The position numbers and the translations under genes were made by a program. DNA of 58,796 bases, the filler included, from Asterionella formosa (taxonomy: Eukaryota), in assembly GCA_002256025.1 (NCBI GenBank). It is 8 parts of 8 records of this genome, joined end to end, with 100 filler letters (N's around TTAATTAATTAA, not from the genome) between each part and the next. Parts side by side here need not be neighbours in the genome. Positions count along the whole stretch, not along the records: positions 44,198 to 51,448 come from NKIB01012491.1; positions 51,549 to 58,796 come from NKIB01012492.1; 6 more parts are not named here. One strand, given 5' to 3'. Below, one piece after another: positions 49,559 through 58,796 of this stretch. A model generated the notes under the pieces. It saw nothing but the letters and a program-made list of their open reading frames with translations, was not told where the DNA came from and did not search any database. The stretch's first letter is position 1. Every line of letters begins with the position of its first letter.

Positions 49559-51448
49559 GGGCGCGCTCTGATGATAATTTTTTTGTATCATGTGTATTAT
49601 AACATAAATTTTTTCACTCTTTTGCCAAGTATAAAGACCACAGAACTACAGTGCTGATCACAGAATTTAGGAACGTAAGCCACAGGGACCTCCGGGTCCC
49701 GATAGTTAATAATTCCTAAAAAGACCGACTCACCATGACGAAAGGCGCTATCCAAGCGGCCAACAAAGCAAAGAAAGAATAAATCACACATGTAATGAAA
49801 TCCAACAGAAATAGAATGCAGAAAGAGGAGGAGATGGAAAAGCAAACAAAGATTAATGCAGGGCGGAGAGTTGAAAAACAGCAATTGCATGGATGTCGAT
49901 TTGGCGTTTCACACAAACACTACGCACAGTTGGGGAATCCATGGCAATGATATCAAAAAAAACGCAAACAAAACAAGAACCAGGCAAAGTCAGCCCCAAG
50001 AGAAAGAAAAGAAGACGTTTAACTCCTTTTTCACTACAGTGAACGCTATTACAGTGAATGCAGCAAGAAGAATAGTACAAGAATGGCAATATGTTAAACA
50101 TCAACAAAAATTAAGAAGAAGACAGAGAAATAAGAAATCACTGATGAAGAAATTGCGCCAGAGCTGGATGTGCTGCTCAATGCAATAATTTTAGTGATAA
50201 AAAATTTAAAAACAATGCGTTGGAAGCCCTGGAATCACCAATTGTTATGGAGACTTAAAATTGAGAGTATCACCAGAAGTGGGGCAGAAATGGAAATCTT
50301 TAACCCAAACTGCACTAATCATCCCATTCTCTGGCTGACGAGAGAAATGCAACCTTTCCATCTCCCCACGTTATACTGGCCATGGAGCGCAATTACGGCA
50401 ACTCTAGAAATAGAATAGGAAGAATGCGCTAAAAATTGATAAATAAAAATAACATAAATTGTTGTAATCATAACCCCAAAATTTATGTTGCTTTGTGTTG
50501 ACCAAATTTGGTCAACACAAACACAAATTTTTTACAGTTAGAATTTATATGAACATGTCTTTTCATGAATGACTACATTTAATTTCCCGGGATATTTCGA
50601 GACTTGGATCCTCCATTTCCGAAATGGCATTTCAAGACTTGGTTTCTCATTTCCGAACTTGCGTGCTCTATGCATATTGTTACATATCAATCAACCTGCT
50701 CAATACATTGATCGTCATCCCTCTTGGATTTCGACGATGTCGTCGTCCTGTTTTGGTCAAAGGAAACTATCAAGCGAGGGTTTCCCTTCCTCTCAAAGGC
50801 TGCACGAGCGTCTCCGTCACCAATAAGAACAAATTTCAGAGTCAGAAGAAGAATGGAAGGAAGAGAAGAAGGAGGAGGAAGAGGTTAGAGATATCTCAGC
50901 CAGAAACAATGACAGCAGGTTTGGTGGTTCCGGTGTCTCTTGTATTGATTTCTCCCAGTCTTCCTCAACAGAAAACGGCAAGGAATCTTCACGCCACAAT
51001 AGCGTTTCTGCAAGCAGCCAAACAAACAGTTGCAAGAAGAACAAGTGGTGGCATCAACAGCAGAAGAATTCTTCGACCAGTTTTTCCAAGGGCACACTAC
51101 AACCTACAGAGTTGGGGTCGATATTTTTGACTTAATAAGGTTATGTCATTGTTAGATTCTGTTTTGAGTCATCTGCCAATTGGATCGCACGAATGGGAAT
51201 GTGTTGCTTCTGATCACAATGAAAAATTTCCGGACAAGGATCGAGCTAGAACTTCAATTCAAGGTCAAAAACCCAACAGGTGACCCAACTTGTCCTACCA
51301 AGGTCAGGTACACAAAACGAGTGATACTGAAGAGATACAATGTCAGCAGCAACAGCAACAAAACATGATGAATATGATGAACATGATTAACATTATATCG
51401 ATCATTTCATCCATGTTGAACCATGGGGCACCAGAAAAAACGCAAGCA
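49559..51448 (+). mobile_element. Diverged PIF/Harbinger copy with a nested insertion, truncated by contig end
   Basis: AGT|GGGCGCGCTCTGATGATAAT terminus; homology to 46260 onward resumes near 50450; Myb-like remnant HLPIGSHEWECVASDHNEKF and KNPTGDPTCP. Confidence 0.78.
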
Positions 51449-51548
51449 NNNNNNNNNNNNNNNNNNNNNNNNNNNNNNNNNNNNNNNNNNNNTTAATTAA
51501 TTAANNNNNNNNNNNNNNNNNNNNNNNNNNNNNNNNNNNNNNNNNNNN
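51449..51548. other. Artificial contig linker
   Basis: 100 nt of N with central TTAATTAATTAA. Confidence 0.97.
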
Positions 51549-54500
51549 TACGACGCCTGAAAGCACTATTGGGTTCAATCCCAATTATCTCACATCGTGC
51601 TAGGTCAGCATGGTAATGGAGAAGTAAGCCATGTGCCTCATCTGGTAATAGATCAGAAATTTCTGTTACGGACATGTCGTGATTTAGCCATGGTGAACAA
51701 CTTGGGATAAGATCAGAGATTGCTGTTTTCAAAGCGGCCGTGTGTGGTGAAACGGAAGCATCAACAGCTGAGTGATTCAGGAGAGCTTTTGCTGCTGGAG
51801 ACCGATCACTAGGAAGTCTGTGAACACAAAGTTCATCAACAACAGCATGATGAGCATATTGAACCCGGCCGGAATCCCCAATATATTGGTAGATATGCGC
51901 AGTCCCTTGGAAACCAACAAAAGTCCCAAGAAGTGTATTAGATTCAGGACGATGCCGACTGGCGCGTCGATTCTTGACATGGAGTGGAGAGCCAAAAATA
52001 AAGGCCATTGATAAATTAGGTGCATGTTTGTGGAACACTTCATGAGGGGTGCGACCATTATGGGCATCACTAGGCCGAACATTAAGAAGAAAAGTGGCAT
52101 ATGTGACAGCAAAACACCATAGTGAGGGATCCATTTGTGCTCCATATAAGAGACATTGAGCCGTGAGTCCAATAAGTTTAATGGAGACCTCAGCTTTTCC
52201 GTTTTGCAAGGATGAGTACGCGCCAGTCGGCTCCACTGAGATGTGCAGCAGAGACAACTCGGTCTTGAGCGTGTGGTTAGCAAATAATCCCCCATCCATA
52301 CAGATACGGCACACACGGTTGCAAGTACGGATCTGCAAGTGTTGGATGATCCAAAGGATGAGTTTTACTGGTGTAGTGCGTGATTGACGACAGAATGTCC
52401 AACGATGATTAGAGATTGCCTCTGTGACTACTAAAAAGCATTTGAATCCAAGGCAGGATTGTTTACCATAGAATCCAAAATCCATATGGATAAGACTTCC
52501 AAGAACCTTGAAAGGAGATTCAACAGTAGGACCTCTGGATAAGGAGGGCAGAATTTCTTTGAGACAGATTGGACAGGAGAATGTGTCTGGTATAGCGACA
52601 TTCAAAGGGAGACCCATAACGCTTGTTCCATTGAGCAATAATTCCATAGCACGCCGGCCTGGGCAGCCCATTCGAAGATGAATGAGATGATGAAATCCTG
52701 ATGGTTTCATGGTTTTGATAAGGTCAATAGCAGAGGTGGTAATCCCTAAAGACGGTTTATGTAAACGGAAAATGATGTAGTCTGCATCATCAAAGGTCAA
52801 TAACTTGAAAGAATATTCTTTCCCATTGGGAAGTTTTAACCATAACAGGTTACCTGTGTGACAAAGTTGATGATCAGCCTCATAGCCTAGGTGTTTGAGA
52901 GCATGAATACTGAGGGAGCGCCGCCAATAGTGTGGCATTTCACTGTGTTGGGAAGTGATACCTCCAGTTCAACAGTTCTATCTGATGAAATGAAACATGG
53001 ATAAAGTGTGCCCATGTATCCAACTTTATCGGCGTCACCAAGTTTAGCAGTCTGGCATAGAACAGTGGAGCTCACAACATTGTGTAATTCGTTGCTCATG
53101 CAAGTGACATTCCCATTTGCCCCAGTGTCCACATGCATCAAAGTTTCACCTTTGTGGAGGTTTGCAGCAAATTCCAGACCAGTGGTGGATGAGGAAGTGG
53201 AGAAGTGCGGTAGAGAGGAAGAGATATGTGTAAGAACTTCAGTGGGATCAGAGTTTATCAGAGCTAAGTCATCTACAACCTTGTGTGAATCACAAATATG
53301 AACAACAAAAGCGACCATGCCTGTGTGATGAACTGGGGAAGATGTGATAACCTGATCATTGTCAATATCACGAGGTCCAGGGGATCTAGGAGTGGGGACA
53401 TCCCAGCTGTATTGATGAGAAAATGGTGCAATGTTATACATGTTCTCTCTCAATGTGATATGTATATCATCTATGACAGACTGAAGGTGTGTAGGCTCCA
53501 CATTCTTGTCCTCAGGCATGGTGGAAATAGCCTGAACTGTAAAGAGTTGAGTATTTGCTGGAGTGGTGTCTTGTGGACCAGAGCAACCAAGAGAACCATG
53601 AGGAAGTCGAGCAGGGGTTGCATCAAACAGAGGGAGCCGAGCAATTTTAGCAGAATGTGCTTTGACAAGTAGTTCTTTTCGGTTGTCTGAGAGTCCATTG
53701 AGATGCCAACAATCGGGCGTTTTATGGTTACTACCAAAACAAATACAACAACAGAGAGGGTCATGTTTGACACCACACCAAGGAACGAGACATTTTTGGT
53801 GAGGATTAGGAACTCTCACGTGATTAATGGCCGAAATCATGAGCGCAGGAATGGGATTGTGGTCATGAGTAGTGGTATCAGGGTGGCCTTGAAGAGCACA
53901 TTCCAATGTGTGTGCAATGTCAAAAGTAGAGACTGAAACCACATCAGCATGAACAGGTAGAGTGATCCCATGAGTGGAACAATGGGTGCAAGGAGTAGGT
54001 AAATGTTGGAGGAGTGATTTGAGTTTGTTGTATAGACTTTCCACTTGTAATCTCTTGGGAATATTGTTTGCCGGAAGGTGCTCTGAATACAGTCGGAGAT
54101 CATTTGTTTTGATAACCCGGAGTGCAAATAATTCTTCTTGAAGATAGTGAGCGTTGACTCCTAAACCATTTAAATAATGCAAGGGAATGTCCACTTTACG
54201 AAAAGTTGAATGTTCAGGGTAGAGATGCAAGAGAGTGAGCCATCGCTTATATTGCGTATTGTAACGAGTGAGACCATCCATTGTGGTTTGATTTCCAGTA
54301 AGCGTGTATTGAGGCGCCTTTGCTGTATGATCAGGAAAACTAGGGGCTTGATTATCTCTAAGACCAGGGTGAAATAAGAGTAAAAAATCTTGAAGCACAC
54401 CAAATCCATCTCCAGTTGGGCTATATTTCTCAAGTATGTCCTTAGCTTGATCACCCTGGTGAAGTGGAAGTATGTCGCCATGGTTGAGAGCAGAATAGAG

Positions 54501-55791
54501 AATGTTGCTAAATCGACAATGTTCACCTTGAAAATACTGAGGAGTTGCTGTTATAACAAGTTTGGGACCAAATTTGATGCACATTCCTTCAAGAAGCTCA
54601 CCATCAATTGGAGAATCTCGGAGATCAGCATCATTGACCATGTCAATGACTTTTGGGAGCAAATCCATGTGAAATCCTTTGGAATTGAGGGTTGCGCGAA
54701 GTGTATTATACCATGCAAATGTTTTACTAATTTGGGCATATTGACCACCATAGGGACCAAGAAGAGTAGTGGTTGAACTTTGGAACCAGGCAACTTCAGG
54801 AGCATTAGAATTACAATGCAAGGAGTGGATGCGGAGATTTCTGAGATAGTTCGTGAGTTCTTCTTCTGTAGCTGGAATGGGGCGGAATCTTGTGAAGAAT
54901 GGATTATCTGCATTGTAGGCAGCAAGATGATCATTAAATGGAGGGTCAGCTTCACTGTTGGAATGAGACTGGTCAGATGAGGTGGATTCTGGTGGATCAT
55001 CACCTGGATCAGGATCATTATCGTTGTATGACTGGTGATGCTGGTGTGACAAAAGAAGGATGAAGTGTAGAGGACTGAAGTGGTGGCTGCATACCTTGGT
55101 GGACATGGTAATTTTCCACAGGGTGCATAGAATAACGGTCGTCGTGCATTATGGTATTTAAATTTAACCGTTCCTTTACATAAGACTGTATGCAGGATTC
55201 AATGTTTTTGAGTAGCTCCGCAGGTAACGTGGGCGTAGGGGAAGAGGGGAGAAGAACAGATGTACGAGTATCAACAGTATTCCCATCTGTAAGAGTATCA
55301 TACTACTGTTGGCCACTATAAGTAGAGCGGGAGTCCAAAGGTATGTTTTGAGTCGTAGAGACTCGACTGTGGGGGGCAGTATTGAATCGCTCTTCAAGAG
55401 ACATACGGTGGTAGGAATTACGGCGTCAACCACGTGTCCTGATGTGATCATGAAGCGGGTCAGATTGTATGCTGATTGTCGTGGGGTAAGGTACAACTTT
55501 ACGCATAGTAGGATTAGTAGGAGCCGCTGTGTGGACACGTGATGTTGCAGAAGGGGTTCCAAGTGTCTCGAGTAAAGATGCCAGCTGGCGATCCGAACCA
55601 CGGAAAAGATGCGGTCGGCTGGTAGGAGAAACGTCTGCAATACGTGGGTAAGTACCATGAAGGCGTGTGGAACGTCGGGGGTGCTCAGGGAGTGCAGATG
55701 GTGGTGTTGTTGTTCGTGTTGTACGAGCACGTTGGGTAGCACTGTCATGGTCGCTCATAGTTTGGGTGTATGTCGATTGTCGAGACGACAT
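51549..55791 (-). mobile_element. Copia-type retrotransposon of a second lineage: long gag-like region, protease, integrase; cut before RT by contig end
   Basis: CCICFGSNHKTPDC knuckle, HVDTGAN protease, IHLRMG...CPIC zinc-binding region, IHMDFGF, RICMDGG, LQNGKAE, GTFVGFQG; frameshifts between ORFs. Confidence 0.85.
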
Positions 55792-55937
55792 CCTGATAAG
55801 AAGAGTAAACTGAGAAAGAATGTGTAGAGACTATGATTCTTTGTGTAGAGACTATGATCCGTCACTTCCACTTATCAATGCTTCTGCAATGGTATCACCT
55901 GGTACTCGGAGTACAGCTAGTAATCAGTACCACGTCC

Positions 55938-56133
55938 CTGGTATGGAGTATATAACAGGTACTCTGATACTTCGGAGTACTTGAGGAAGTCTCGAGTACC
56001 AGTACAGCTGGTACGGCGGAATATGTACCTGATAGCTGGTACGGAGTATGTAACAGGTACTCTGATACTTCGGAGTACCGGTACTTGAGGAAGTCTCGAG
56101 TATCGGTACAGCTGGTACGGCGGAATATGTACC
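55938..56133. repeat. 98-bp tandem duplication, GTAC-rich
   Basis: CTGGTAYGGAGTATRTAACAGGTACTCTGATACTTCGGAGTAC... at 55938 and 56036; copy 2 carries an extra CCGGTA. Confidence 0.85.
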
Positions 56134-58060
56134 GGGTACCTGGTACCTTGTACGCAGTGATAATTAAGTAAGTACCGTAGTGTAGCCTATGCACTGTACG
56201 GAAGCTTGGTATGCTTACTGTACGTGGATGGTGCTGTGGATGGGACGATCAGCGATTCGGTTGTACAATTAAGTAGATTGCACTACGTAGGTTTGTACGG
56301 TCGAAATTGCTATGACGAAAACACAAGTGATAACTTGCTCAATATATTTGTCTGCCCCGCCCTAATATGTATCAATGAACGTGGATGGTCTATCCAGATA
56401 CCAAGGATGCCAGTCACAGTGAAATGATTGATTTTCGTATCACAATTTTGCTGTAGCAATAACAGTGACGAAACGAAAAGCGAAAAAGCAAGTACGATGA
56501 TTGTCCTTGGTGCTTCTGGTTCACAAGTGAACCGCACGACACCCAGTTAGATAAACCCCGTAGCCGGCAACTATCGATGTACTGTAGATCAATAGTGCAA
56601 CAAAGTAGTGCGTAGGTTTGCGATTACGAACGACGATCACCACGTAGTGTAATAATTCCGTAGCGGAAGATCTGACTCAACGAGAACGAACTACCGGAGT
56701 AGTGTATTGTGGTAACTGGTAAACAGTACTTATGAAACACTCGTGCACAGATGATCGTTTACAGTAGAGTATTTTCGTAGCCAAAAAAGTGTGAAGATAT
56801 GAAATCGATTCACAACGAAAAAAGAAAAACGCCGTTGACGATGTGTTGCGAATGAAAAGCAGGCAACCTTTGAATGCCAAATAGCACTCTTTTGATAAAG
56901 ATTACTCAATACACTTGTCTACTTCTGCTGTGTAGTGTAATATATAGATAGACAGATGTAGCAGCCAAATGAATGATGCGAAAACAATCGAAAGCGAACG
57001 AGATTTTTCGATCGGCGCCGACAGTGAGGAGATCGAATTAACAATCAACAATTTCGTTTCTTTCAAGGAAACAGCTTGGGCTCATAACCTGCAGTGAAAG
57101 AGGGGACGAGAGAGATCGACGAGGTCGATGAACGAGGAGACGATAGAGGAGGGGAGTCCGATAACTAACCTGACAAGCTCAAAAAGAGATTGGAGGGTGT
57201 GTTTGTTAAAAGAGTGATTAGATTAAGTTGAAATAGAAGAATGATGATTTAAATAAGATGCATAGCTACTGTCAGACAAACAGACACAGACATATACTGA
57301 CACGTCATGTAAAGAGGTGATTCACAACATTTACATCATTCCATGGAAGCAGTATTGAGTCCTTCCAGTCCAGACTGATATGTGTCTGTGGAACTTTTCA
57401 TGTTGTGACTGGCTTACGACTAAATATTACTAGTTCAAATTTCAATTCTTTGTATTTAACATATATAGCCCTTTTATTCGGGCGAAAAAGTACTATCAAG
57501 CGATGTATATAAAATTAAAGGAAGGAGATGTTAAGGCTTTCTTGTTGGGTCGCAAAGGGAGACTGATATCAGCCTGTCGAGCCGGAAAGAACCCGATAAT
57601 GAAAAAATATCCATAATTGCATGAACTAAAAAAATAAGACAAGATCCTACGGAAGTTCTACTGGGTTTGTACCACAAGGTCAAATCCAAAATTGGTCAGG
57701 GTGCCGGTTTGGTCAGGTCAACTCTAGTCATAAAACTTTAAAAAAGGAGCATGATTCAATGGTACATGCATATATCATGACTCAAACATTACACATTACT
57801 CAAGCATAACTCAACCATCACTCATCATTCGGTAGACCGTCGAAGTATACAAGAACAGGCTACGCATTACCAGGTACCGGTTCTGTACTGTGCTGTGCTA
57901 CTCAAGCACTGTGAAGATGAGTTAAGTCATGGCTTGGCTCATCTCAGAAGCAACCGACCGAATCTCACAAAATCAAGAACCGAAAACGAGCGAGTTGAAT
58001 CCGTATTAAGCATCCATTTTGATTCAACAGTTCATCAGTTCAACAGACTCTTAGACCAAC

Positions 58061-58796
58061 ATGGTAAACTTCGGCAAGAAATCAGTGCTTCTTTCTGTCC
58101 TCTTGGCATCGGTGTCAATCGTCTATGTCGAAGCAGGAAAAAATGTACGCATCTGTGTATTTTCTCCCGACTTTTGCATTTCACTACTTAACCTTCCTTC
58201 TGTTTGCTGCATTTCCGACTTGTCTGCAGGGCGAACTACGGGGACGAAGCTTTTCTCAGGAGGAGGCTACCACTATCATCGATGTAACCTCGCCTAAATC
58301 TGAGACACCTACAATGGAGGAGACAGCGATGAATGCAGCACAAGAAGGAGAAAGAGCCTTGAATGGCCGCGCTAAGGCAATGAAAGCAATGGTTACTGAG
58401 ACTACGTTTGAGGCTCCTTCCACAGAGGTGATGGATAATTTCATGACTGAACACCACATGATGAAGGGTGTATCCTTGCCCATGCAAAAGATTTCGAAAC
58501 GTAATACAATCAAGGTCAATGGTGTTGTGCACTCTCTAGACAATCTCGTTCCAATGAATGTGTTTTCGTCGGATGCCACATATTTGGATGAAGGAGTGCC
58601 AAAGTCACTTCCTATGGCAGCCACTTTTATGAAAATTGAGGGTGATAGTACCATGTTGGTCACCAAGGGGGGTCCAAGAGGAAATGTGAAAACAATTGAT
58701 ATTACCTACACAGATGGATCAAATATGTACATGGAAGAAGTTTCAAATGGAATGCTTGCTGTAATGCTCCCTGAGGCTCGTGACAAAGAGGCTATG
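58061..58796 (+). CDS. Secreted protein of unknown function, 3'-truncated; exons 58061-58144 and 58230 to end
   Basis: Signal peptide MVNFGKKSVLLSVLLASVSIVYVEA, GT-AG intron 58145-58229, then an open frame GELRGRSFSQEEATT... to the window end. Could be a protease pro-region; no catalytic motif visible. Confidence 0.75.

Noticed and set aside
55889..55896. TGGTATCA as primer-binding site of the contig-8 Copia
   Set aside because: It is on the opposite strand to the element and the match is short in a GGTA-rich context.
1..58796. A functional gene cluster spanning the window, or a regular 7.3-kb periodicity
   Set aside because: The spacing comes from artificial linkers joining unrelated size-sorted contigs.

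Overview
Eukaryotic genomic DNA, most likely a diatom or related stramenopile (inferred from short GT-AG introns, gene families and Copia/Gypsy types). It is not contiguous: eight contigs of about 7.25 kb, roughly sorted by size, are joined by artificial 100-nt N-TTAATTAATTAA-N linkers, so neighbourhoods across linkers mean nothing. Host genes: an uncharacterised type II membrane protein, mitochondrial GrpE, FKBP12, a partial USP deubiquitinase, tRNA-Arg(CCT), a PDI/thioredoxin-like first exon, a GH18 chitinase with hevein domains, a CPA1 Na+/H+ exchanger, an eEF3-like ABC-F ATPase, a DAGK-domain lipid kinase, tocopherol cyclase, a partial HECT E3 whose catalytic Cys is replaced by Ser, and a partial secreted protein. 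Much of the rest is transposon-derived: three Copia pieces, a Gypsy remnant with an LTR-like repeat, three PIF/Harbinger copies, a decayed Tc1/mariner-like transposase and several TA-flanked TIR elements. The most striking signal is the abundance of TACCAGG/TACCTGG/TACCGG units. They pile up just 5' of genes, appear as discrete CC(W)GG+TA insertions at TA sites when duplicated sequences are compared, and match the ends of three TA|CC...GG|TA elements in the window. This suggests arrays of accumulated transposon excision footprints. All assignments come from reading the sequence by eye; no searches were run.
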